A stretch of 63,533 nucleotides of DNA, the filler included. It is 13 parts of 13 records of this genome, joined end to end, with 100 filler letters (N's around TTAATTAATTAA, not from the genome) between each part and the next. Parts side by side here need not be neighbours in the genome. Positions count along the whole stretch, not along the records: positions 1 to 3,608 come from SRR7504441_8374; positions 3,709 to 8,119 come from SRR7504441_8377; positions 8,220 to 12,226 come from SRR7504441_8381; 10 more parts are not named here. One strand, 5' to 3'. The position numbers and the translations under genes are program-made. Positions 1 through 11,400 of this stretch are shown here, piece after piece. Under the pieces are notes generated by a model. That model saw nothing but the letters and a program-made list of their open reading frames with translations. It was not told where the DNA came from and made no database searches. Positions within the stretch are counted from its first letter, which is position 1. Each line of letters starts with the position of its first letter.

Positions 1-12
1 AATCCATGTTGA

Positions 13-1831
13 TCAATATATGTATTGCGGAGGATCGCACAAGAACGGGCCGACTGGCACTCTAAATTGCTCGCCAGTAGGCTCGGCAATGCTCCCTGCC
101 CCGCCTGGTCAGAGTCGGACCACTCGGCCACTCACCTGACACAAACACAAGGTCCCCGCCGAACACGCACGGCCGCTCCGTTTGTGACTGATACACAAAC
201 GCACCCCCGCGCTGCTCCCCGATCTGGATTTCTCCTTCGAAAGCGGCTGCGCCAGGCTTCTCACGGGCGAGCCGGCCTGAGCTCACCTGGGTGCCGGCTC
301 TGCTCATCGTCCCGCCAGCCGCCCTCACAGAGCAATGGGTATTTGCCTATTACCCCGAGGCCCTGCACCTCACTCACCTCGCCCTCCTCATCAATCCGCC
401 AGTGCCGCCGGTGCAGCTGGCAGGTCGCAAACCCGCGCTGCTCCGGCGCCTCGTACCTGTCCTCACTCGCACGGCCGCTGCCGCCGCGGTCGCACCCGGG
501 CTCGCCAGCGGCAGCCAGTTGAATCATAAGCGAGTAAAACCAGCTATGCTCCGTCACGTTGTACAGGCTGCGCGCTGAAACACGGGTAAGCGCTGCTCCG
601 GAGCAGGCCGTTACCGAGCACCGTGACGCCCCGGGCGGCGGTCCGGGCGCAGTTTGGTCCGGACCAAGGGAAGAGCCCGATTCCCTGGCTGCTGGGCGCA
701 TCGGGCACAAGCCTTGCCACTCTGTACACCCCAGACTGGAGCCGACGCTCCAGCTCGGCCAGCCAGCGGATCAACTGCGGCCGATCGGGCCAGCCGGGGC
801 TCTGGTGGCACCTGGTCTGGTCGGTGCTCTGCGAGAGGGCTACACCCGGCTGCGACCTGGCTGGGCGGGGCGCAGGGCAGCCACGGGGTGTTCTGCCGAC
901 TCAGGCTCACCCTGCGGCCGGCGTGAGCGTATGGCCCCGGGCGGGAGGGGCACAGAGCGCCGTCGCGGACGTCGACTGCGAAGTACTTGGCAACGTTGCG
1001 CAAGTCTTGCACGGACTGGACAAACGGCGAAGTGCCAATCACAAGCTTGTGCGCAAACAGCTCGCGCAAGTAGTCCGGACCCTCGCGCTGCAGCCAACGG
1101 TTCACCTCGGCCACCTTGCCCGCAGGGAGCAGCCTGCCGCCCGAGCTGGCCATGCGCCATCGAGGGAGGCGCACCATGTGCACGCAAAGAATCTATAGAC
1201 TGAGCATCCACCAAGCAGTCCATTGCAGGGCAGCCCGTCCTCGCCAGGGCTCCGCTGCCCGTCACGCACCTCGTAGATGCACCGCAGCGCCTCCAGCGCA
1301 ACCGCGTCCTGCCCGGCCGTCAGCTGTGACCAGGGGAGCTGGAGCCTCGGGTAGCCGCATGGCTCGGCAGAGCGAGCTCCAATCCTCAGGTGTGACCCCT
1401 GTCCCAGCAGTCAAACGACCGGCCGGCCGCCTACCGGGGTTGAGCGTGGCCTGCACCGCCGGGCAGTGCTGCCCGAGCCAGCCGTCGAGCCGGGCCCAAA
1501 GATCCACCGATCGCAGCCGCATGTCGGCGCTCCGGCGAAACGGGCCGGCCCCTCGGTCAAACCCGCGCCAGGCGATACAGGCCGCCCGCCAGGAGCCGCA
1601 CGCCGCCCCGTCCAGCCCCTGCCCCCCCCGAGCTGGTCCGAGCCGTCGGCCCCCGGGCACCCGCGCAGAAGTGAGCCGGAACCGACTCCTGCACATCCGG
1701 CGCCAGAGCCGCTCGTCGGCGCACATCCGAGCCCAGTCTGCGCAGACCGCGGCACACGCGGCCAGCTGGTCGGGTCGCTCCAGCCGAGAGAAGACGTTGA
1801 ACCCGGGCTCGTTCTCCAGCAGGAGCACCAT
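13..1831 (-). CDS. F-box / SMI1-KNR4 / ApaG (DUF525) protein, SKIP16/FBXO3-like (multi-exon)
   Basis: N-terminal F-box-like segment LAACAAVCADWARMCADERLWRRMC is followed by WARLDGWLGQHCPAVQATLNPG and RWLAELERRLQSG. ApaG motifs CQLHRRHWRI...VIGKYPLL and AFVYQS follow. The spliced end reads GSIAEPTGEQFRVPVGPFLCDPPQYIY* (TGA at 13-15). Confidence 0.85.
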
Positions 1832-1982
1832 GCCTTAGAGAGCACTGGCCGCTTCGACTCTGCGCTTCCGTTGACTTGACACGGCAGCCTCCCCGGCTCA
1901 GGTAAAAGCCGCGATATCCCGAAGAGAGAGGCGCTTGGGCGAGCGCGCACCGTGAGCACTCGCGTGTACTCTCCGTCCCTAC

Positions 1983-3569
1983 ATGGAGCGCGCTGATCAG
2001 CAGACCGCGCGCCGGCGGGCCGCTGGGTTGGCCGCGCAACTCACCACATCGAGCCCGGCGACTGCCGGCACGGCCCGGCAGGTCGGCTTCTGGGGCGAGA
2101 ACTACCTGCCGGTGCAGCCGCCCTCCGCGGACAGCCAGGGCGGACCCGGCCGGGCCGCCTGGCCCGAGCTGGCCGCGGGCGGTCCGGCGATGAGCGGCTG
2201 GCGCGAGCACCAGGAGGCCCGACGGCAGGCCGAGACCGGGGGGTCGTCACTCTGGCGGGTGCACGGAAAGATGTACGATCTCACCAAGTTCATGGACCGG
2301 CACCCGGGCGGCCGGGTGTGGCTCGAGCTCACCCGGGGGACCGACGCCACTCAGGGGTTCGAGGCCTACCACCTGGACGGTCCCCGAGTAGAGGCGGTAC
2401 TCGAACGGTACTACGTGCGCGACGCGGCCCCGGAGGAGATGCTGTACGGCCAGCGATTCAGCTTTGCTCCTGACGGGTTCTGGCGGACGCTTCGCAAGAG
2501 GGTGCTCGCACGGCTCAAAGAGCGCGCTGGCCCTGGGGCGACAACACGCGAGGCGACCGCGGCCACAGGATCGATGCGGGCGGCTTCGGCGGTGTGCGTC
2601 GGGCAGTTTTTGGCAGCAGTGGGAATGGCGGCGCAGAGCGGGTCGCTGGCAGCGGCTGGGCTGGCAGGGTTCGGCATGATCGGGATGTGGGGGGTTGGGC
2701 ACAACTGGATGCACCAGGCGACTCGGAAGGCCGGGCTCCTCCCTTACTGCATGGACGTGTGGGGGCACCACGCCGCGGACTGGAGGATATCGCATGCTCT
2801 CTCGCACCACCTGGATACCAACCTGGCCTCCGACTGGGAATATGCAAACTTCTTCCCCTCCTACACGGACGAGGGCAACGCTCTGGGAGCCGCGCTACCC
2901 GCAGCCATCCCTGGCTACGGAGTGCTTACACTCGCCAATTGCGCTAAGTACCTTGTAGGCACCGCGCGCGAGGTGGCTTCGGGAGCCGGGCGTAGCGTGG
3001 GCAAGCACGCGGGGCATCTGCTGCCGGGACTGTTGCCGTTGCTGAACTTGACAAGCTACGTGCACTCTGCAGGGCTCGCCAGAGGTGTGACCATGTACAT
3101 GTGTCAGTCGGCCGTCAGCTTTCTAGGATTCGTGCCTCTGAGCGCCGGTGTCCACCATGCTGCCCCAGACCAGTCAGAGGCCCAGGCGGCCGTGGGTGCC
3201 GACCCGGACGCCCGGAATACATTTGCGTGGATGGAAGGCCAGGCCGGGGCTGAAACAGACTTTGGGGCGCACCAGGTGGCGGCCACCACGGACCATGCAG
3301 TCAAGACGCTGCCGGAGCGGCTCGACCTGCCCGAATGGGTGAGGCACTGGTGGTCGCTTACGCTGTACGGTTACCTAAACAACCACACGCTGCATCACTT
3401 ATTCCCGGGAGTCGACCACTCCCGACTGCAAGGGCTGAACGATATCCTGGAGGAAACGGCTAAAGAGTTTGGGATCCCACTGAAGAATGTGAGGGAGTAC
3501 TCGACCTTTGAGGTTTTCAAAGGCTACTTCAACTACATGCTCGGCAGGCAAAACAGAGCGAGGCTCTAA
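1983..3569 (+). CDS. Cytochrome b5-domain fatty-acid desaturase-like protein (cyt-b5-related type)
   Basis: Haem domain YDLTKFMDRHPGG; His boxes HNWMH, HALSHH and NHTLHHLFP; hydrophobic segments; single long ORF. Confidence 0.85.
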   Translation: MERADQQTARRRAAGLAAQLTTSSPATAGTARQVGFWGENYLPVQPPSADSQGGPGRAAWPELAAGGPAMSGWREHQEARRQAETGGSSLWRVHGKMYDLTKFMDRHPGGRVWLELTRGTDATQGFEAYHLDGPRVEAVLERYYVRDAAPEEMLYGQRFSFAPDGFWRTLRKRVLARLKERAGPGATTREATAATGSMRAASAVCVGQFLAAVGMAAQSGSLAAAGLAGFGMIGMWGVGHNWMHQATRKAGLLPYCMDVWGHHAADWRISHALSHHLDTNLASDWEYANFFPSYTDEGNALGAALPAAIPGYGVLTLANCAKYLVGTAREVASGAGRSVGKHAGHLLPGLLPLLNLTSYVHSAGLARGVTMYMCQSAVSFLGFVPLSAGVHHAAPDQSEAQAAVGADPDARNTFAWMEGQAGAETDFGAHQVAATTDHAVKTLPERLDLPEWVRHWWSLTLYGYLNNHTLHHLFPGVDHSRLQGLNDILEETAKEFGIPLKNVREYSTFEVFKGYFNYMLGRQNRARL

Positions 3570-3608
3570 TCTCCCTTTCATTATCCCTTGCATGTACATT
3601 CATGTAAT

Positions 3609-3708
3609 NNNNNNNNNNNNNNNNNNNNNNNNNNNNNNNNNNNNNNNNNNNNTTAATTAATTAANNNNNNNNNNNNNNNNNNNNNNNNNNNNNNNNNNNN
3701 NNNNNNNN
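3609..3708. other. Artificial contig spacer (N44-TTAATTAATTAA-N44). Identical spacers at 8120-8219, 12227-12326, 15574-15673, 20917-21016, 25084-25183, 28486-28585, 39300-39399, 42966-43065, 52607-52706, 56193-56292 and 60379-60478
   Basis: Same 100-nt layout occurs 12 times. The core gives stops in all six frames, and genes are cut off at its edges. Confidence 0.98.
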
Positions 3709-3782
3709 GTGGCGTGGCAGAAGGACCAAACCTAGCAGCGGCAGCATCTGTCCGGAAGCCTCTGTCCGTTAGATCTCGAACG

Positions 3783-5619
3783 ATGGCCGAGCTAAGCGAC
3801 GACGAGCTCTGGTGGGCGGGGCAAACAGGGCGTGATACTCCGAGCGCCGGGCGATGCTGGTGGGGGTGGGGCGAGGTCGGCGCACTCTCCCGGCTGATCG
3901 GGCCAGACAACATGTCTATCATCCCACCGTCGGTAGCCCAGGCCCAGCTGCCGGCGCCGCGCCTGTCTGTGGCTGACCTGCCGGCCGAGCTGCAACCGCT
4001 CTGCTCGGTGGACAAGTTCGAGCGACTGCTCCACAGCTCGGGCCGCGACTTTCTGGACCTGCTCCGCAACATCTCCACTGGAGGCCCGGCCAGCGGCGGC
4101 GGCGGAGTCGTGGACGTTGTGGCATTCCCTGAGACCGACAGTCAGGTGCTCGGCCTGCTGCAGTTCTGCAGCGCGCGGCACGTGGCGTGCATACCGTTCG
4201 GCGGCGGCTCTTCAGTCTGCCAAGGGGTGGAGCCGCCGTCAGGCGAGGTATTGGCTGAGGCCAGGCTGGGTGGGGTGCTTAGCCTGGACATGCGGAAGAT
4301 GGATAGGCTGGTTGAGGTGGACTTGGCCTCGCAGGCAGTGCGGGTACAGGCCGGCTGCTATGGCCCGGCACTAGAGAGTCAGCTCAAGGCGCACGGGTTG
4401 ACGCTGCGGCACTTCCCTCAGAGCTTTGAGTTTAGCACAGTTGGAGGCTGGGTAGCAACGCGAGGTGGAGGGCACTTCGCAACGCGGTGGACTCATCTCG
4501 ACGACATGGTGCAGTCGGTTAAGGTGGTTAGTCCCAACGGTATATTGGAGACCCCGCGAGTCCCGGGAAGCGGGGCTGGTCCTGACGAAGCGAGGCTGTA
4601 TATAGGGTCCGAGGGGACGCTAGGAGTGATCACCGAGGCCTGGTTGCGAGTGAGGCCGCGACCCGCAGTGCGTGCCAGCGCCACAGTGCTGTTCCCGGCT
4701 GCTGATGCCAAGCAGTCGTTCTCTAGTGGGGCGGAGGGCTTGCGGGCAGTGGTGCAATCGGGTCTGACCCCCGCAAACCTTCGACTGGTGGATGGACCCG
4801 AGCTTTACAGAATGACCGGCGAGCGTGAGACGGAGCACACAGCTGCTGTCCTGTAAGTGCGTGCCTTGACCCGCGCTGAGCCGGCTTGCAGGCTCGGATT
4901 TGAGGCCATCGATCCCTCGGCTGCGGCAGAAGTAGATGCAGCCATGCAGCGAGCAATTGAACTGTAATGCTGGCGGCAGGCTTAATGGTGATCTAGAGAG
5001 CACGCGCTCCAGGACGAGTGCAGCTGGGCAGCGAGATGGCGTGGCAGGTAAGTGGGGCTCAGGCTTCATGCAGGGTGGTTACTTGTTTTCAGCAGCAGCA
5101 GTCCAAGGCATGCTTATCAACACCTTTGAAACAGCCATCACCTGGGATAAGTTCAACGAGTTTCACACCGCGGTGCTGGCAGCGGTGCATGCCGCCATTC
5201 GGGAAAGCTGTGGCACTGACGGCGAAGTGACCTGCCGATTCACACATTGCTATCCCGATGGGCCAGCTCCATACTACACTGTGCTAGTGCCAGAGCCACA
5301 ACCGGGCCCGACTGCTCAAGTAGACCACAGGGGGCAGCAATGGAGGCACATCAAGGCCGCCGCCACCCGAGTGATGGCCAGTTTCGGAGCCGCTAGCACG
5401 CACCACCATGCTGTCGGGAAGCTGCATCGGCCGCACTATCAAGTGGAGCGAGGCGCATTGTTTGGGGCGACACTTGCTGCTATCAAGAGGGTGCACGACC
5501 CGGCCGGAATTCTCAATCCGGATGTCTTGATCGAGACCACTGGGGCCAGCGCAAGCCGGACCAGCGAACTCGGTGAGATGGTGCTGCCCATCGCGACAGC
5601 ATACGCTTCCAAGCTTTGA
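3783..5619 (+). CDS. FAD-linked oxidase, alkyl-dihydroxyacetonephosphate synthase (AGPS)-like, with C-terminal PTS1 (SKL)
   Basis: Motifs WWGWG, IPFGGGSSV, LRHFPQSFEFSTVGGWVATR, GSEGTLGVITEA, CRFTHCYPDGPAPYYT, THHHAVG and DPAGILNP. GT-AG intron at about 4853-4891 and an unresolved frame break near 4964. Ends YASKL*. Confidence 0.85.
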
Positions 5620-5981
5620 TTAGATGTCATGATTGTCTGGTGGTACAGTAGGTCTTCCTCTCGCTGGGTGTACGCTAGGTGTGGGGTAGGTAGTTAGTTA
5701 GTTACCGAGCATTATATAGGGGGGGTCTTAATTATATATAAATGCTTATGTGCTAGTCTCCTTATAGTCTCCTCGCACTCGTACTCGGGCATGGAGTTCT
5801 ACAGTAAGCTCTTACTGACTCAATGAATCAGTCATCTACTAGTTATCTGCATATAGGGGGGTTCTAATCTGCACAGCGTGCCCGTGGTTGCTGCTGAGCG
5901 CAGCATCGCCACGAATGTGAGGCCGGACTACTGGAAAGCCGGATCACCAATCTCTGCACGATTCCAGGGTCATTGCGGAGG

Positions 5982-6339
5982 TCAGTCCGGTGTAGAACAT
6001 ACTGTACCATTGCCGGTCTTTTTGGTGCCAGCGCGGATGTCGTAGTGCCCCGGGATCCAGTAGCGCTGCCCATCTATCAACACGTGCAAAGATTCTGATG
6101 ATCCCCGCCCGCGCCGTCGGCTATCCAGCGGTGTACGGCGGGAGCTCGTGCGGCTCGTTGTCCCCAGCGGTGGCCCTGCTGTACGAGGGCGGCCGCTTGA
6201 TCCTGGAGACGGTGAACCAAGGCTTGGTTCCCCGGAGCCGCCTTCCAGCACCGGGATCCGTCGGGGCGGCCCAGGGCTGAGGGCCTTCGGACTCCGCTGC
6301 CCCGGGCTCGTCGTCGTCCTTGGAGTGGCAAACTCCCAT
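5982..6339 (-). CDS. Possible small protein with N-myristoylation-like start (MGVCHSK); structure uncertain
   Basis: ATG at 6339 gives MGxxxS and is divergent from the gene at 6389. Continuing it requires an inferred GC-AG intron. No recognisable domain. Confidence 0.25.
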
Positions 6340-6388
6340 CTCAGGCCATGAGCAACGCCAACCGCTTACCCAACTCATGAACTGAAAC

Positions 6389-7597
6389 ATGGGCTGTCGG
6401 GCGCGATGGTGGTTGCTCGCTGCGGTGTTGTGTGCTGCGCCGGTGTTGGCGGACTTGCTGGCCCAGCGGAGCAGCTATCTGCCCCAGCTGGGATCCAGCT
6501 TCTACCCCGGCTGGGCCTTCGCCGCCCGCACCGCCGGCAACGGACTTGGCTACCCACCGCTGCCTGATCCGAGCTGGCTGCTGAACAGATCAACTGCGGC
6601 CTACTTCCTCGGCAACGACACCGGGCTGAACTCGGCCCAGGAGCTGGCGGCTGAGGCCAGGTTCGGAGTGGTCGGCCTGGGCTGGCAGCTCGCGATGCGA
6701 GGCAGCGGCTGGCGGCACCTAGAGCGGTGGGAAGACCAGACGGCCGCCGCGATCAAAGCAATCAACCCGGCGGCCAAGGTGCTGGTCAGCCGGAATACGG
6801 AAGTGGGAACCGTCGTGTGGGACGCCATCAGGCCGCTGCTGGTCCCCCCCGGCCCGCAGAACAACCCCGGATTCTGGGTGAGCTCCAACGGCAAAGTGAG
6901 CAACGGCAGTTGGGCCTGCGACAACTGCGGGCTGCCGCCAGATGCGAGCTCGATACCGTATGGCAAGCTCTGGTTTAACTGGACCAGTCCTGAGTTTGTG
7001 GCCTGGTGGCTCCAAACGCATGTGATGGCCTCTGTTTCGAGGCCAAACATCGATGGGCTCTATTACGATTGCTGCTGCGGGGCGCCGGCAGGGGTGCCGG
7101 GCAGCCAGCTGGCAGGGTTCATGGCGGCGGCCCAGGCTGGGTTCGATAGGCACCTGCCGATGATGGCCGAGGCCAACAAGATCACGATTGCTTGGAACGG
7201 AGAAAAGATCAACGCGCGGAGCTGCGCTGAGCAGCTGCCTCGCTTGGTTGGAGTGTACAGCCGCAGTCAGAACCAGACTTTACAGCTGATCTACTCCAAC
7301 AGCCCGGCCGACCTGCTCCCCACTGTAGCCGCGTTCATGATTGTGCGAGCCGAGCATGCGTTGCTGCAGTACACAGTGATCGGGCCATACGAATGTGCCT
7401 CAGAGCCTTGTGGCGAGCCGAACTCGCCCGGCTCAGGGTTTGGTCCCTATCACTGGGATCCTGTGCTGGAAAAGGACTACGGGACCCCGATTGGAGAGGC
7501 TGAGCAGGTGTCGAATGGCGTGTGGCGGAGGGAGTGGAGCAAGGCGAGCTTTGAGCTGGACTGCAACCATTGGACGGGCAAGATTCTTGAGAAGTAG
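6389..7597 (+). CDS. Secreted TIM-barrel glycoside hydrolase-like protein (GHL15-like), intronless
   Basis: Signal peptide; motifs FGVVGLGWQ, KVLVSRN, WFNWTSPEFVAWW and IDGLYYD; C-terminal DYGTPIG...VWRREWSKASFELDCN. Confidence 0.7.
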   Translation: MGCRARWWLLAAVLCAAPVLADLLAQRSSYLPQLGSSFYPGWAFAARTAGNGLGYPPLPDPSWLLNRSTAAYFLGNDTGLNSAQELAAEARFGVVGLGWQLAMRGSGWRHLERWEDQTAAAIKAINPAAKVLVSRNTEVGTVVWDAIRPLLVPPGPQNNPGFWVSSNGKVSNGSWACDNCGLPPDASSIPYGKLWFNWTSPEFVAWWLQTHVMASVSRPNIDGLYYDCCCGAPAGVPGSQLAGFMAAAQAGFDRHLPMMAEANKITIAWNGEKINARSCAEQLPRLVGVYSRSQNQTLQLIYSNSPADLLPTVAAFMIVRAEHALLQYTVIGPYECASEPCGEPNSPGSGFGPYHWDPVLEKDYGTPIGEAEQVSNGVWRREWSKASFELDCNHWTGKILEK

Positions 7598-7820
7598 TAG
7601 GGTGCATCTGACAAGTATCGATGTAGCATATTCTGAACCGTGAGATTCAGCAGGGGTGCGGTTCGATGATTGTGTGGTTCCCGATTTTTAATAAATGGCT
7701 AAAGCTATGGTCACCCCCCCAGGAAAATTGTGAACGTAAGTATCGTATTGACGTGCTCGCGTAGCTTCCATAAACATTATGATTGAAACCAGGACCAAGC
7801 TGACCATCTAAGCACGAGCG

Positions 7821-8119
7821 TCAAATCAGTCGATTACTTGGTACTATCCAATGCCAAGACAGCCAGACGGCAACTGCGGCCATGAGCACCGCGGTTCCCA
7901 TACGTATTGCCCCACTATCTGGCAGCGCAGCTTGGTCCAATTGCCGTTCTACTGCCCCAGCCGGCTCCACCTTCTCATCGTGTCCAGTTGCAGCCACCGA
8001 GCTGGTCGCTCCAGCTCCCCCCACAGCCGGGCGCGTCTCCCTGTCAGGAAGCCGCGACTGCTCGCTCGCCTCGCTGGACTGACACCGGCCCTGACCGGCC
8101 GCGGCTTGATCGGGCGGCC
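7821..8119 (-). CDS. 3' fragment of a gene with a C-terminal hydrophobic anchor (truncated by contig end)
   Basis: ORF ends AVLMAAVAVWLSWHWIVPSNRLI*; the upstream part runs into the spacer. Confidence 0.35.
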
Positions 8120-8412
8120 NNNNNNNNNNNNNNNNNNNNNNNNNNNNNNNNNNNNNNNNNNNNTTAATTAATTAANNNNNNNNNNNNNNNNNNNNNNNNN
8201 NNNNNNNNNNNNNNNNNNNATGGACTTGGAGGCTGAGCGATCCTGCTTGGAGCCTGGATTTGGCGATTTGGTTCCGAAACGTCAAACGTGCAAGTACCGG
8301 TATTAAACAATAATATAATAATGTTGACACTAAAGTCGAACACGTAGAGAGACACTTTCTGAAAAATGTCGTAAGTTGCTGACGCTACAGTAGTACAGTA
8401 GACTGAATCAGG

Positions 8413-11400
8413 TCAAATATCAGAGTGGCCTTCCCGGTAGGTCCTGGTGAATTCTTGCAGCGCGCTCGAGTCGTTCATGTTCACACCGGCCGCCTCTGCT
8501 GCTTGTAAAATGCGCCCCTCCAAGTCGTCACCATAGTTGGGCATGGGCGGGCGGTACGAGGCACTCGGCGCTTCGTGATCTTCTTCATCCCCTGCACCGA
8601 CTCAGCGGCTGCTCGGCCAGTGGTAGCCACCTTCGTCATAATCCTCCCAGTCGTCTTTTGGCGCGACCTGCCACGATCTCAGATGTGTGATCAATCATCG
8701 AGTGTGAGTTGGACCTTGATCCAGCCATGCTTGAGCATCAAGTATACGTGCACCGCCGTGATCACAACTAGGGTGCCAGCAATGCCAAATCCAACCACAA
8801 ACCACATTGAGATCTCATCGCTGTTGCTCTTCTCGGGACCCTGGACAGCGCTGGCGGCTAGATTCGGAATTGCGCGAGATTCTTCCACTTGAGCAGCCCC
8901 AACTGAACAAGGCACAGCTGAACCCAGTCAATACGCGAGCAGCCACGCACCTGAGGGTGTGCTGCCGGTATCGAGCTGCCTTGCCAGCATTATGGTCTCC
9001 ATGTGACTCTCCATTTTTTTTGAAAGGTCTCCATTGGTGGCAGCAGCACTGAGCTTGGCTGTTATTTGGTCGGATTGAGTCGCAGAGGAAACACCCAGCG
9101 ACACAGCCACGGTGGACGCCCGGCGCACCTGCAAGACGCTAACCCGAGCATGCGGGATTGCACACCGGAGTATCGTCTACGTTTACTGCTTCCGGCTTGA
9201 TGTCTAATATGTCAGCAATGCTTTCTCGTAGTGCCGTTTGAAAGACGCTCGGGTCGCCCGGGTATGCCCTGCCATAGCCGATCTGGCTAACGCCAAGGTC
9301 TTCAAACGACAAGTGCAGCACTAAGACCATCTTGCTCGAGAAACTGGGCTGAACCGTTGGAGCAAAGGTCGGGCCCTCGGTGGGTGGTGTCGACGGTGAG
9401 GCTGTTGGGGCGTCAGACGGCGACCCAGTGGGCGAAAAGCTCGGGGCAGCTGACATCTTGCAAGGGATCGGATCGGTCCAGTTGTACCCAGTGCTCGAGC
9501 CGTCCGACATGGCGCACACGGTGTTGGTGCACATGTACCCACCCTTGGCCAAGTCGGTGGACGGCGTGCATACGGCACCGGGATCCGCCGGCTGACCTGC
9601 GACACGCCTCAGCACTTGGTGGCGCGGCCACTCACAGAAGGTGACGCCGCCGTGAACTAAAGCAGGGCAGGAACGGGTCGGAGCCGCTGTTGGGGGCGGC
9701 GGGCTGGTGGGAGCCGCTGTTGGCGCTCCGGTGAGCTTGCATGGGTTGGGCTCAGTCCAGGCAGACAGTCGACCGTAGCGCCCGAGGCCGCAGAAGCTTG
9801 TGTCGCACTTGTACGCCTTGAGACCGGGGTCGGATCTGGTGGATGGGTCGCACATTTCTCCTCGGAGCGCAGCGTGGCACACTGTGATGTTGTTGGTGTC
9901 CATTGTGGTGAGCGCAGGACAACTATATGTGGGGGCTTGGGTGGGCGCGGTAGTTGGGGTGCCGGTGGGGCTGGGCGGAGCGGTGGTTGGCGCCACAGTG
10001 AGGGTGCAAGGCTGGCTGGGCGTCCACTCAAACTTGGTGGGAGACGCGCCGTTGTACAGGCACATCGTTTCGACGCAGGCGTACGCTTTGATGTTGGCAG
10101 GAGTGCAGGTGTGGCCTGCCCCCCCCCCCCTGGGCAAACGTCCTGCTTGCCGTTGGCCTTGTCCTCAACTGAAATGGGGCCGCAGACGAATGTGGGGGCG
10201 ACGCTGGGGGCCTGTGAAGGCCCGTCGTAGCTGCATGGCGCAACAGGGTCCCTGCCGGCCGATTCAGTTGGATTCAGTTGCCACTGGGTCGTACCAGGCC
10301 CAATGGGCACCACCATCTGACGTGGCACAGTCAGCGGCCGGCTTGCACTTGTACCCAGGGGGCGCAGTGATAGCGCAGTGCACTCCGCCGCTTGAGGCCG
10401 GGCAAACCACTGTTTTGTCGTATTTGAGCTCCGGGCAATTGGTAGTCGGCGCAGGGGTAGTGGGCATGAGTGTGGGCGCCCCGGAGAAGACAGGTGACAA
10501 GGTTGGCGCCACGCTGCCCTGGCACGGATCAGGGGGGTACCAGCCGGTGGGGCAGGTGCAGAGCATCCCGGCTTTCTTCCCGAGAGTGTTGTAGTGATTT
10601 TGAGCCTGAGCAGCGGGACTGCCCCCCTCTGGGTGGGCGGCTATTGTCTTTGCTATGCTCGGGTATCGTTCCAGGTAGCAGTCCCAGTTGCATGTTGTTG
10701 TCTCGTGAATGCAATAAGTAGTGACCTAACACGCCAGTGAGCCGCAACTACCCGATTACAACGCACGCATTGATATCCAAGCGGTGCCAGATAAGGTGTG
10801 CACATGTCGCCAAGGTTGCCAGGATTACAAGCTCCGTGCCCGTCCACCTTCAGCGCAGGACAAGCTCTTGTTGGCATGCTGGTTGGACCGAATGTTGGAG
10901 CGATGCTCGTCGGCGCCATGCTTGACGGCGCCAGTGTTGGCGTGACAGTGGCCACACAAGGGTTCTGCAGCAGGCCTGAGCCCTCGGCTGGCGGGATTAC
11001 TCACAGAGACAGACCAGCCGGTGGCGGAGGTGCAGATCGTCTGCTGGCAGCTGTATCCGGGGAGCGCTGGGTTGCACACCTCGCCAGCCTGGCCGCCCGG
11101 GCAGGCTAGCAGGTCCGCGTTGTAAATGATTGGAGGGCACAGACTCGTTGGGCTGATGGTCGGCTTCCGGGTGGGCCCGAACGTCGGTGGCGGTGTTGGG
11201 CCAGTGTGCGGCGAATCAGTCGTGGGAGCACCGGTGGCTTGGCACGGGTTGGGGTTGTCCCAAGCGTATCCTGAAGCCGCGCTCGGGTTGTACACACACA
11301 CCGGGTTTTCGCAGGTATATCCAGGAATTGACGGGGTACACACGTGCGCTGCGAGCGAAGCCGGGCAGAGTTCTCGTTTTATCCCGGCGTAGGTCAGTTG

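Noticed and set aside
3653-3664. Recurring TTAATTAATTAA palindrome as a biological repeat or CRISPR-like element
   Set aside because: It is always centred in an identical 100-nt N block and is a six-frame-stop linker added during concatenation.
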